Below, piece after piece: positions 37,756-46,915 of a stretch of 64,000 nt of DNA. The DNA lies in IMG/VR virus record IMGVR_UViG_3300009408_000001, positions 1 to 64,000 of that record. One strand, given 5' to 3'. Numbering within the stretch: the first letter of the stretch is position 1; the number at the start of each line of letters is the position of its first letter. Source of the stretch: a virus. The translations under genes and the position numbers were made by a program. The notes below the pieces were generated by a model. That model was given only the letters and a program-made list of their open reading frames with translations. It was not told where the DNA came from and did not search any database.

Positions 37756-38181
37756 ATGGAGTACAGTATGTATACGGAGTTAGAGAGACTGGTAATAGAT
37801 ATGGCGGAAATGTTACAGTTACTCCAGAAAGGAGTTCACTGGATTGCAGATGGGGAAAAACTGACAGATAAAAATGTCACTGCGTTACCCTGTCCAACCC
37901 TTACCGAGATCATAAAAAAACTGCAGCAGGCTACCTTCCTGACTAGTCCTGAGAAGCTGGCCGCTTTCGCAAGAGGAGAGTACAATGGTACAGATCTACT
38001 CAATGTTAAAGAGGATATCGTGACCATTGACAATGCGCAGGTTGGCATCCGGGTAGCAATGACACTGGGAAATGTAGCACCGAGACACAAAGCGATCCTT
38101 AAGAACATGTACAATTTCGAAGGGTCGCTTACCTGTACAATTGGTCCACCAGAACCACCCATGTCCAATACCATACACTAG
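37756..38181 (+). CDS. Hypothetical protein
   Basis: 141-aa ORF; start uncertain (37756, 37768 or 37801). Confidence 0.55.
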   Translation: MEYSMYTELERLVIDMAEMLQLLQKGVHWIADGEKLTDKNVTALPCPTLTEIIKKLQQATFLTSPEKLAAFARGEYNGTDLLNVKEDIVTIDNAQVGIRVAMTLGNVAPRHKAILKNMYNFEGSLTCTIGPPEPPMSNTIH

Positions 38182-38190
38182 GAGAAACAG

Positions 38191-39267
38191 ATGCCCTCTA
38201 GTATATCGTACCGCCTAAATCCCACTGTAGCAAAATCCCTTACTACCTTTAATGCATCGGGAACCCACATGGCGGTGTTTGTCACACATGTAAGAAGGGA
38301 ACCCGTTATAAAGGTGTACCAAAATAACACTGCTGGAGAGTGGGTGGAGATACATGTCATCACCTCAAACCTCACTCCCGTGCTGTCCATGTCGGGTGAC
38401 GGAAGTGTTTTGTACTTCTTGAGGGGCGGCGTTACCAGTGGACTGTTTTCACTTAACCTGAGTACCCTTGGTGAAACACGGGTGGGTGAAATCCTACCGT
38501 ATACCACTGCGATGATGGTATCTCACTTAGGGAACACCGTAGTTAGACATCTTAACATGGGAATTGGGTACGCCCCAGAGGTGTGTATCGAACGAATAGA
38601 TGCGGGCGTTTCCATTGACACGGTCACGGTGGAAGGAGATTCCTGTACAGTTTCAAACAGTGGGGATACCTGTGTTGTAAGTTACCCCTGTCGAACTGGA
38701 GTACCCGGAGACAGTCGGGTCATAGAGTGTGTTTCTAATACGTGGAAGGTAGGTTCCGCTACACTGGGTTCCATGTTGACAGGACGCACTTCAAACGACC
38801 ATGGTCTCGCTGCAATCTCTGGAGATGGGAATGTCATATTTGCTGTAATGGTAATCGTGAGTTCCAGAGGGCGACAAAAGGTAAGTGACGTAGAGACGCT
38901 TGTTCAATATAAGCGAAGTCCAACTGGCTGGCAGTACGTGGGGAGTGTTACTGGCGGAGGGGCCTGTGGTAAGGAACCTGTCCTTAAACCGATCAGTGCG
39001 ATAGTGTGTTGCAACCGAGGGGCACACCTGGTGATGTACGGCCTTATGGAAGCTTCATTACCCGCAGGAAGGTTGTTTAAACAGGATGGCAATGGTAGTT
39101 GGTCCAAACACGAACTCCCAGTCAGTACTGAAAGTGTACTGAGTCAGTCACGTGAAACACCCTGTAAGCCAGGACTTTACGTAACCGCTAAAGAAGCGAC
39201 ACTCGAAATACGTCACACCTGTGAGGGTGGAATGTCAAGTGTCTTACTGATGCTTGATTCACTATAG
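38191..39267 (+). CDS. Degenerate FG-GAP-like beta-propeller
   Basis: LSMSGDGSVLYF, TVSNSGDTCVV, AAISGDGNVIFA repeats. Confidence 0.65.
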   Translation: MPSSISYRLNPTVAKSLTTFNASGTHMAVFVTHVRREPVIKVYQNNTAGEWVEIHVITSNLTPVLSMSGDGSVLYFLRGGVTSGLFSLNLSTLGETRVGEILPYTTAMMVSHLGNTVVRHLNMGIGYAPEVCIERIDAGVSIDTVTVEGDSCTVSNSGDTCVVSYPCRTGVPGDSRVIECVSNTWKVGSATLGSMLTGRTSNDHGLAAISGDGNVIFAVMVIVSSRGRQKVSDVETLVQYKRSPTGWQYVGSVTGGGACGKEPVLKPISAIVCCNRGAHLVMYGLMEASLPAGRLFKQDGNGSWSKHELPVSTESVLSQSRETPCKPGLYVTAKEATLEIRHTCEGGMSSVLLMLDSL

Positions 39268-39276
39268 GAGAACAAA

Positions 39277-39666
39277 ATGAAGAGAAGATTTACAAACACA
39301 GTTGCATTGTTAGACAACTTGATTGACGGTTTCCCCATTCCGGTACTAGGGGTACACAACGGTAGGATCATACGGGTATTCGCTAAAGAATTCGAGGAAC
39401 CTTTCCCGGGTGTGTTACTGGACCCAAACAAGGATGACTGGTTTTACAATGGGATCCCTTCTGGAGGTGGCATTGTTACATGTGGTGACACCCTGTATCT
39501 GGTTTCCAGAAGGACGAATCGCGTATTTTCAACAGGCGGGGATACAATCACGTATGTATCCGTTGACCCACATACTGAGGAGATCACTGTGAAAACAGAA
39601 GGTGGGACGACGGTGTCCTTCTACGATGTGACATGTCCGGTAGACTTACCAGGGTGGTCAGGATGA
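39277..39666 (+). CDS. Hypothetical protein
   Basis: 129 aa, AGGAGA RBS. Confidence 0.65.
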   Translation: MKRRFTNTVALLDNLIDGFPIPVLGVHNGRIIRVFAKEFEEPFPGVLLDPNKDDWFYNGIPSGGGIVTCGDTLYLVSRRTNRVFSTGGDTITYVSVDPHTEEITVKTEGGTTVSFYDVTCPVDLPGWSG

Positions 39667-40814
39667 TTGTCATTCCCGATCCAGTGACGAGCGAATACAT
39701 CAGCCGAATCGGCTGTATCTCTATCGCAATGGACGGTACTAGAGTGGTGGGTTGTCCGGACACAAATGAGGTGTTCATCGAATACCCGGACCCACTGGTT
39801 AGACCCACCCACCACATTGGCCTTTCCGACCTTACGGGGTACGGTATTGCAGTAATGATATCCCCTGACGCGAATGTGTTGGCAGTGGTATCATATGAAT
39901 CACCGTTTCTCACTCCAGTTGAATCTGACTTAAATCCGTCTTTCATATCCCTGTACGTGTACCAGTACGTGGGGGGCGTGTGGCAGGAACGGGAGGTACA
40001 TGAATCTATTTGCATGGCAACTCCCCATGCTGGCATGTTGGACATGTCGGATGATGGATCCACTATTGTCCTGTCCGGTTCACTGGAGTACGAGGTACAT
40101 GGTTCTTCAGATCCAGCAGTGGGTGGTCAAGATGTCATTGAATTCAGTGATAGGTCCGCTGAAGTTATCCTCCTTACATCGGTTGACCTGGTAACGTGGT
40201 CCACTACAAACCGCAGCATCGCGGGTAACATTCGTGGACTGCCTCAAAACTTCGATACACCTGCGTTCATTAACTCTACCGGAGATGAACTGTACACGGT
40301 ATGCTGTTGGTCTACTGGAGGTAGTTCGGGGTCAAGACTTTATGTATCTAAGCTAGTGGGTGGCTTCTGGTCGGCACCTCAGTTGGTGATATCCGAAATA
40401 GGTGGAAACTTATCCCTTTCGGCAAACAAGACAGTTGGGGTTTGCTCCTATGTTGAAACCGCACCTATCAACGGTCACTTCTGGTCACTGGCGAAAGGTC
40501 CGGTAGGTTGGGCACAGGTGAACATTCTTCCAGACCCTGCGGCACGTTTGGATCCACTGATGTTAGGTAAGAGTGTTAAGGCTGGGTTGGCTGGTAGGAT
40601 CATGGCAGTAACCTCTAGATTCGATGAAGCGGTTTCGGGTAACATATCGCTGTTCACCGCCGGTGGAGCCTGGACACAGGCTACCATACAAACACCGGAT
40701 TCACAGCTGGGTCATTTCGGACACTTGCTACAGGTAGACGACAGAAACCCTTTAGAGACAATTCTTTTAACCACACATGACAAGACGCTGTATACGTACA
40801 CTGTTGCAGTCTAG
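39633..40814 (+). CDS. Degenerate FG-GAP beta-propeller
   Basis: GYGIAVMISPDANVLAV, LDMSDDGSTIVL, GHFGHLLQV repeats. Confidence 0.7.
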   Translation: MSGRLTRVVRMIVIPDPVTSEYISRIGCISIAMDGTRVVGCPDTNEVFIEYPDPLVRPTHHIGLSDLTGYGIAVMISPDANVLAVVSYESPFLTPVESDLNPSFISLYVYQYVGGVWQEREVHESICMATPHAGMLDMSDDGSTIVLSGSLEYEVHGSSDPAVGGQDVIEFSDRSAEVILLTSVDLVTWSTTNRSIAGNIRGLPQNFDTPAFINSTGDELYTVCCWSTGGSSGSRLYVSKLVGGFWSAPQLVISEIGGNLSLSANKTVGVCSYVETAPINGHFWSLAKGPVGWAQVNILPDPAARLDPLMLGKSVKAGLAGRIMAVTSRFDEAVSGNISLFTAGGAWTQATIQTPDSQLGHFGHLLQVDDRNPLETILLTTHDKTLYTYTVAV

Positions 40815-40822
40815 GAAACACG

Positions 40823-41968
40823 ATGGTAACAATAAACATTGACCCACCCCAGCCAGTGGACGGCATGAGGTTTGGATCGCACTTGGCAATGAGTCGATGT
40901 GGAAGGATTCTAGCAGTAGGTTCGGACGGATTGTGGAGTAAAGACCACAATGTGTTCCAAATCGATTTATATGAGTTACACGGGGAAGAGCGGGTTAAGC
41001 ACTTACAGCAAATCACTGTAAAGCTCCCAACAATCTTTCCTGTAACAGAGGTTGGTGGAATGGCACTGTCTGAACACGGCAGTACCCTAGTAGTGTCGGT
41101 GGGGGGTAACATCATTACCTATTCCAACTTCACACAGTCAACCACCTGGAATGTACGCCAGTTTTACTCCCTTGTAAAACCATGGAGTCGCATTCGGAAC
41201 TGGAAGGTTAGCTGCAATACTAACGGCACTATTTGTACCGCAACGCCCACGTGTCTATTTCGAACAGAGAGTGGCAGTGGTCCGATGTTATCGCTGTTTA
41301 AGAAGTCAAATTGGGAAGTGAAGAGTAGAGAAACAACGTACTTCCCTATGGCTGGCTCTTCTGCATCTGAAGAACTGGATACTTGTTTGTCTGACAACGG
41401 TAAAACATTGTTACACCAGTCGATAGTAGGTCGTGGTACCGGTGAAGGACGTCGCCGTATTTCCACATCCCGTCGAGACGGGGGAGGAGAATGGTTGTAT
41501 GACCAAAGCTGTAATGTTCCAAGTGGTGACCCATGGCCAGGTCGGAGTGGACCAGGGATTGCATTGTCCGGTAACGGTAAGGTAGCATACGCGCTTGATA
41601 CGGGACCTGCCTTGTTTAAGATGAAGGTGTCTCGACAGAAGACTACAGCGAGAATCCGGTGTACATTACCAACGTACGCATACACCGGAATGCTCGGTTG
41701 CAGCGTGGATGGTAGATTTGTGTTTCTAGGGTATACCGCACCTAAGGGAGGAAGCTTCACAAATAACATCCTGTACGGGGAGATAGATGAACAGGACCCG
41801 GAAGCAACTCCCTTTAAAACACTTACATCCTTTCCGGGGTACAGTGGCTCAAAACAAGAGTTCGTCGTAGATAGGAATGGCGCTACAATTGTAGTTTCGG
41901 ACCGACACCATGGAGTAGAAGGACACCAATACGGGAGGGTTCATCTCCACCTTACCAATCGGTTGTAA
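40823..41968 (+). CDS. Degenerate FG-GAP beta-propeller
   Basis: RFGSHLAMSRCGRILAVG, ALSEHGSTLVVS, LSDNGKTL, IALSGNGKVAY, GRVHLH. Confidence 0.7.
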   Translation: MVTINIDPPQPVDGMRFGSHLAMSRCGRILAVGSDGLWSKDHNVFQIDLYELHGEERVKHLQQITVKLPTIFPVTEVGGMALSEHGSTLVVSVGGNIITYSNFTQSTTWNVRQFYSLVKPWSRIRNWKVSCNTNGTICTATPTCLFRTESGSGPMLSLFKKSNWEVKSRETTYFPMAGSSASEELDTCLSDNGKTLLHQSIVGRGTGEGRRRISTSRRDGGGEWLYDQSCNVPSGDPWPGRSGPGIALSGNGKVAYALDTGPALFKMKVSRQKTTARIRCTLPTYAYTGMLGCSVDGRFVFLGYTAPKGGSFTNNILYGEIDEQDPEATPFKTLTSFPGYSGSKQEFVVDRNGATIVVSDRHHGVEGHQYGRVHLHLTNRL

Positions 41969-41970
41969 AC

Positions 41971-42000
41971 AGGAGGCCCTTCACGGGGCCTCTTTTTTCT
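41971..42000 (+). terminator. Intrinsic terminator (repeat family)
   Basis: aggaggccc-ttcacg-gggcctct plus T tract. Confidence 0.8.
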
Positions 42001-42081
42001 TTGCGTTTCAGACATTATTAAGAACCACATTACCTTAATGATAACACCTCCGTGTTATTTAATTCATTTGGAGATACTAAG
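42001..42081 (+). promoter_or_regulatory. Early promoter module
   Basis: aagaaccaCATTAC (42028-42033), ataacac-ctcc-gtgttat hairpin, GGAGA RBS. Confidence 0.8.
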
Positions 42082-42395
42082 ATGACACATGCTGAACAGG
42101 CAGAACGGATACGCCATTTGGAACTAATGGTAACATCCCTAAAGTTTGACCTAGCCGAAGTACGAGGGGAGCTACGTAAGGAATTACTGGATCACAGCGG
42201 ATCCCTGGACAACCACACCTTGAGCGACAAGCGACACCTAAAGCTAGCCACAGCGACTCCCTGGACAACCACACCTTGAGCGACAATCGATACCTAAAAC
42301 TAGTCACACAAGCACTGGACACGGTTAAAGCAGTAGAGGCTAGAGAGGCGATAAATGGGATACCATCCTACATCAACCCTGTGGAAAAGGACTAG
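42082..42395 (+). pseudogene. Small coiled-coil gene interrupted by a 56-bp tandem duplication
   Basis: The ATG 42082 frame ends at 42279; the second repeat copy continues in another frame (SLDNHTLSDNRYLKLVTQALD...) to TAG 42395. Confidence 0.55.
42202..42313 (+). repeat. Two-copy 56-bp tandem repeat
   Basis: tccctggacaaccacaccttgagcgacaa identical at 42202 and 42258, diverged afterwards. Confidence 0.9.
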
Positions 42396-42452
42396 GTCAC
42401 CAGTCACCGGGGTTCCCAGCAACAAAGACGATACCGATAAACCAACATAAAT

Positions 42453-42483
42453 AGGAGGCCCCTTTACGGGGCCTCTTTTTTTT
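42453..42483 (+). terminator. Intrinsic terminator (repeat family)
   Basis: aggaggcccc-tttac-ggggcctct plus T tract. Confidence 0.8.
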
Positions 42484-42532
42484 GCCCATATCCGCATAGA
42501 AATACTATGCACAACAACAAGGATACATTGTT

Positions 42533-43750
42533 ATGGCTACCAAGTCTCATTGGGACACCGTTACTGACGTGGCTCCTGACACTGAGTTTACCGGAAAAGA
42601 TTCCCTTAGGATCTGTATGGCGATCTCAGCTAATGGTCAAGTTTCAGTAACGGGGAATCCAGGCGATGGCGTTGTGCGCGTACTTAGGTTGTTCCCTGAC
42701 TCAGGGTGGGAAGAGACTGCGTCTCTCTCTGTAGATCAGGAAGGTCCTCTTCAGAAGTCTGCATTTGGCACTTCTGTAGGGATTTCATCTGATGGTACCA
42801 CGATTGTAGTGGGTGATCCCGATGACGACGAACGTGCGTTGCACGGTGGATCAGCGTATGTATTTACATACCGACGAGGCGAGTGGAAGCTTTCAGGAAA
42901 GTTTTATCCGACTGACCTACATTTTGCTGCTAAGTTTGGGCATTCTGTCAGTATCTCGGGTGATGGTAAAGTGGTAGCGGTTGGGGCATACATGAGTTCC
43001 AACAGTTCTGATTACGCGGGAGATGTATACCTGCTTAGGAAAGGATTGTTTGGTTGGGACGAGTTGTGCATATTGTCCCCACCTGTGCCACGTACGGGTT
43101 CTTTTTTTGGCATCAGTGTGTCTCTATCCTTTTCGGGTAAAGAGCTCCTGGTGGGCGCTGATGGAAGCGAGCGGGCATACATCTATGGGACGTATGACTT
43201 CTCCAGGTGGATTCTCATAAAAGAACTTGTTCCAACTGCTAAGGGTAAGCACAACTTTACTCAGTTTGGTGCCTCTTGTGCGATTGCTGCGGACGGGAAG
43301 TCTGCGGTAGTAAGTGCGCATACAGAAGACATCAGGCAAGTGATTGGTGCTGGTGCAATTTACCATTACATTTCCTGCCGTGACCAGTGGGTCCAACGTT
43401 CTAAGATTTCGTTAAAGAATGGAAAGACGTTGGATTATTTTGGGTATAACCTGGATCTGTCCGGAGACGGAAGTGTCCTTGTAGTAGGTGGATACGCCTC
43501 TGTTGTAGATGGTGTTTGTGATCGGGGTGGTTATGTCATGCGTCTGGAATCTGGAGGTTGGGAACTGGATCGTAAGATCTCTCCAACGGACATTAAGGAA
43601 GATTCTGTTTTATCCTACGTAGCGGCAGTTGACCATTCTGGAGAAACGGTGGCATTAGCAAGAGGAGTCTCAACAGCTCCACTTGAGAAAAATGACCTCG
43701 CTAGCAATCTTCTCCGGCAACAGCTAAAGGACAAGCAAAGGAAGGCATAA
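42533..43750 (+). CDS. FG-GAP repeat beta-propeller protein (stand-alone)
   Basis: Canonical repeats FGTSVGISSDGTTIVVGDP..GGSAYVF, FGHSVSISGDGKVVAVGA..AGDVY, FGISVSLS, FGYNLDLSGDG. Confidence 0.85.
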   Translation: MATKSHWDTVTDVAPDTEFTGKDSLRICMAISANGQVSVTGNPGDGVVRVLRLFPDSGWEETASLSVDQEGPLQKSAFGTSVGISSDGTTIVVGDPDDDERALHGGSAYVFTYRRGEWKLSGKFYPTDLHFAAKFGHSVSISGDGKVVAVGAYMSSNSSDYAGDVYLLRKGLFGWDELCILSPPVPRTGSFFGISVSLSFSGKELLVGADGSERAYIYGTYDFSRWILIKELVPTAKGKHNFTQFGASCAIAADGKSAVVSAHTEDIRQVIGAGAIYHYISCRDQWVQRSKISLKNGKTLDYFGYNLDLSGDGSVLVVGGYASVVDGVCDRGGYVMRLESGGWELDRKISPTDIKEDSVLSYVAAVDHSGETVALARGVSTAPLEKNDLASNLLRQQLKDKQRKA

Positions 43751-43763
43751 CTCAGTAACTGGT

Positions 43764-43794
43764 TCCCAGGGCAGAAATGTCCTGGGATTTTATG
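43764..43794 (+). terminator. Hairpin followed by ttttATG
   Basis: tcccagg-gcagaaatgt-cctggga then ttttatgc. Confidence 0.55.
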
Positions 43795-43813
43795 CAATCA
43801 TCAGGAGAATGCA

Positions 43814-44737
43814 ATGGAGTCGTGTACAAAGATAATGTCACTTGGGTATGTGGCCATGAACAAACCCACCGATAGCAACCTAATTGAAGTCTGTCCAATC
43901 GAACACCTACACCGTTTGGACGGTGAGATCACTACAGACACCGTAGAGGTGAGTTCATGTGGGATTGATAAGGAAGGTACACCTTACACCGTAAGCATCA
44001 ACATGGGCACCACCGTACCTTGTACGTGGTATGGTGAGACAAACCACATGTTATCCCCCGATGTCCGGCGGGGTGAACAAGTTTGGATATGGGCAATGGG
44101 AGACAGTAACCAGTACTATTGGATGAGTGCCGGTAGAGATGATCACCTTAGACGACTAGAGACACAGCGTTACAGGTGGAGTGGACTGCCGGACAACATA
44201 GATGAAGAGATCAATGAAGGCAACTCGTACTACCTGGAGATCTCCACACATAAAAAGACGGTTACCTTTAAGACATCGATGCGAAACGGGGAACGTGCAG
44301 GATACACAATGCAGTTTAACACCGGTGACGGCCAGGTTACCCTAGTAGACAATGAAAAGAATATCTTCCAACTGGACACGGCCAATACCCATATCTGGAT
44401 GGAAAACTCCAGGGGGTCCATTGTAGAGTTAAATAAACAAAACATACGGGCGTGGAATCCCGGTAACTGTGAAGTATGGCTAAAGGACAAGGACATATTT
44501 GTTCATAACGGGAACGGTGTTAAGGTTGAACTGGTTGGTCCCAACCTTACTACCACTGCACCAGGTACCCACACTTTAAATGCAGCGGCGTTCATAGTGA
44601 ATGCCCCTACGAAGCACAACAAGCCGGTTGTAGGTGGAACAGCGACGTATTCGAAGATTAACGCAGGTAGTATCTCCGCTGGTAAGATTAGCGTTGGCAT
44701 ACTGGTAGCAGGTAAGTTCAACTATCCAAAGCCCTAA
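43814..44737 (+). CDS. Baseplate central spike (gp5/gpV-like; phiKZ gp164-like)
   Basis: SLGYVAMNKP...IEV.PIE...W....SPDVRRGEQV.I...D...YYW...LRRLET N-terminal OB-like region, followed by short beta-strand repeats typical of beta-helix spikes. Confidence 0.7.
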   Translation: MESCTKIMSLGYVAMNKPTDSNLIEVCPIEHLHRLDGEITTDTVEVSSCGIDKEGTPYTVSINMGTTVPCTWYGETNHMLSPDVRRGEQVWIWAMGDSNQYYWMSAGRDDHLRRLETQRYRWSGLPDNIDEEINEGNSYYLEISTHKKTVTFKTSMRNGERAGYTMQFNTGDGQVTLVDNEKNIFQLDTANTHIWMENSRGSIVELNKQNIRAWNPGNCEVWLKDKDIFVHNGNGVKVELVGPNLTTTAPGTHTLNAAAFIVNAPTKHNKPVVGGTATYSKINAGSISAGKISVGILVAGKFNYPKP

Positions 44738-44743
44738 TTACGA

Positions 44744-44784
44744 CATAAAAGGAAACCTCCCGGATAGGGAGGTTTCTTTCTATG
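44744..44784. terminator. Bidirectional terminator between convergent genes
   Basis: CATAaaaggaaacctcc-cggatag-ggaggtttctttcTATG. Confidence 0.8.
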
Positions 44785-44805
44785 CCCGGCTGACAGGGTC
44801 CGCCG

Positions 44806-45387
44806 TCATCGAATGAATTCCCTTGTGAGGAACTCCCGATGTGCTTTGTCATACAGGTTATAAACCGGTACTCCAAAATGCCTTGCAGTTCTAACCGCCA
44901 CCGCTGGATACCCAGCAAAGGGACTTGATGTAGACTCGGTGTAAATTATCACCATCTTTGAAACATCAGAGGGACGCAGTGAGGAAAGTGCGGGTGAACG
45001 GTTAGAACCCACTCTAACATCATCCCACTCTCCAGCAACGGAATGGAACTGACTTGCGTCTTCCATCTTTACCGCTTTAGAGTGGCGAATTATCCCAGGA
45101 GAGATGGATTCCTTGTCCAGGTAATGCACAGCATCTATTAGACCTCTTCCTTGTAAGCTGAACCGGTACTTGGTACTGAAACATTCATCCTTCCTATAAC
45201 CAGAAGAACAAACCCAGGCTTCCCTGTTAGGAGACACCCTTTCAAATGCCTCGCACATCCCAGCCTTCCCGTTGCTTCTAAGGTTCCATCCTTTGAGGTC
45301 CAATGCCGTACCCAATTCCTTAGCGAAATCACACGCCCAACTGGGAGCATCTTCCGGTCCGATCCCCGTATACCACAGTTCACTCAT
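44806..45387 (-). CDS. DprA/Smf-like SLOG-family protein (degenerate)
   Basis: WYTGIG..P......A..L...G..LRS.G..G...AFE and VRTAR..GVPVYNL. Confidence 0.65.
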   Translation of the reverse strand: MSELWYTGIGPEDAPSWACDFAKELGTALDLKGWNLRSNGKAGMCEAFERVSPNREAWVCSSGYRKDECFSTKYRFSLQGRGLIDAVHYLDKESISPGIIRHSKAVKMEDASQFHSVAGEWDDVRVGSNRSPALSSLRPSDVSKMVIIYTESTSSPFAGYPAVAVRTARHFGVPVYNLYDKAHREFLTREFIR

Positions 45388-45424
45388 CGTACTACCCTTC
45401 TGTATTTACCATACACAATCGTGA

Positions 45425-46873
45425 TTAGATTACCCCACAATCGACTTCGTCGACAAACAGGACGTCTGGTAGTTTCGGAACGATGATTGCTTCACCCATG
45501 ATGTACCCATCGAAGATGTCACCATCTGCGAACACTTCAACAACCACTGTTTCAGTAGCGTCTGGTGAGGCAGGATCACTGACGTCGCCATCGGTCACAT
45601 TCGAATCGGTGGTGGACGTGTCGCTGACATTGGAATCCGCGATATCAACCACTGTGTCAGACCCATCCGTATTGGCAGTATCGCTTGCGGACTGGGCTTC
45701 TAAGACATCTACAGTATCTGACACCGTCGTGGTAGAGGCCGCTCCATCCGGTCGGGTTATGGTCGTGGTCGTATTAGTCCCATCGTCCACAGCGACAGCC
45801 ACAGTGCCATCTACATAGAGCGTGGTAACTGTGCTGGTGCCATCTGGATTGGTAACCGTAGTGACCGATGCCACTGCACTTGCGATTTCGGTAGCTGTGT
45901 CAGACACCTGTCCATCGCTGGAATCCGAGACAGAACCGTCGCTGGAGGCAGTGTCGGTGGAATCCGAAGCCGTGTCACCACTGGAGGTAGTGTCGGTGGA
46001 ATCCGAAACAGAGCTGTCACTTGATGTGTTATCTGTGGAATCCGAAGCCGTGTCACCACTGGAGGTAGTGTCGGTGGAATCCGAAACATTCGAACTGGTG
46101 GTGGTTGTGGTGACAACCCCTTCGGAGTCCGTCTCAGTGGCGATAACCGTTACTGTAGTGTGGTTAGCAAGATGGGCGTCAAACTCCCCACGTAACGTCG
46201 AAATGGTCCCAAGTGCTACATCGTACTTGTCTTGTAAAACACGCATGTTACTGAACATCATGTTCATGTCTTCGCGTATTCTACCAATGACCTGCATGGT
46301 GCGTTCGTCTTGGTTCCTAAGTTCCTCTGCCGAACCCACAAGTGTACGAGAGCCTAAGAAGGCAGAAGCCAGTTCTTTTAGCGCTCTTGGAATGGGGTCC
46401 AGCTCGATGAGATCCTGCAACCGATGATCGTGTTCCCCAGGTGTCCACAGTACCGGTTTGCCCTTGAGGGAGTTAAAATCAACCTCCCTTCCCAACGCTG
46501 CGGTGATTGCCTTTTCGATGTTTTCCAGGACACGGGTTGTCTTAGATTCTGAACCACCTACGGCGTTGTACGTTACGTATATCGTACCGTACAACTGTGC
46601 ATTGGTTAACACTATACTGCCTGCAACTTCTAGCCCTGTATAGGCGGTTGCTTCTGGATCGAAGCCTTCGAATTTGTAATCTGTCCCAGGGACAAGAGGT
46701 GCCGAAGACCCTTCTGCACGTACGGAGAATCCTTTTGTGTAAAAGATTCCCTCCCGCATGAGGATATCATTACCACCTATCGCATTTAACACATGTGGTT
46801 CATCTACAATGTTGTTTGTCGGGTTTGTACCCGACCCATCTACGGAGTACTTTGATAGCTGGAAGACGCTCAT
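45425..46873 (-). CDS. Tail/baseplate-associated virion protein (phiKZ gp131-type N-domain) with a Ser/Asp/Thr-rich stalk
   Basis: D.SGTNPTN.I.DE.H...G.FY...L..GTDY...YNAVGG...KP....P.EH.H..DL; then low-complexity SDSTDT repeats. Confidence 0.65.
   Translation of the reverse strand: MSVFQLSKYSVDGSGTNPTNNIVDEPHVLNAIGGNDILMREGIFYTKGFSVRAEGSSAPLVPGTDYKFEGFDPEATAYTGLEVAGSIVLTNAQLYGTIYVTYNAVGGSESKTTRVLENIEKAITAALGREVDFNSLKGKPVLWTPGEHDHRLQDLIELDPIPRALKELASAFLGSRTLVGSAEELRNQDERTMQVIGRIREDMNMMFSNMRVLQDKYDVALGTISTLRGEFDAHLANHTTVTVIATETDSEGVVTTTTTSSNVSDSTDTTSSGDTASDSTDNTSSDSSVSDSTDTTSSGDTASDSTDTASSDGSVSDSSDGQVSDTATEIASAVASVTTVTNPDGTSTVTTLYVDGTVAVAVDDGTNTTTTITRPDGAASTTTVSDTVDVLEAQSASDTANTDGSDTVVDIADSNVSDTSTTDSNVTDGDVSDPASPDATETVVVEVFADGDIFDGYIMGEAIIVPKLPDVLFVDEVDCGVI
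45920..46090. repeat. In-frame 39/78-bp repeats encoding SDSTDTTSSGDTA-like units
   Basis: 54-bp string gtggaatccgaagccgtgtcaccactggaggtagtgtcggtggaatccgaaaca at 45957 and 46035. Confidence 0.9.
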
Positions 46874-46915
46874 TTGCTATCCTCCCATTTGTTACGGATG
46901 ACCATGTCTCTCTCC

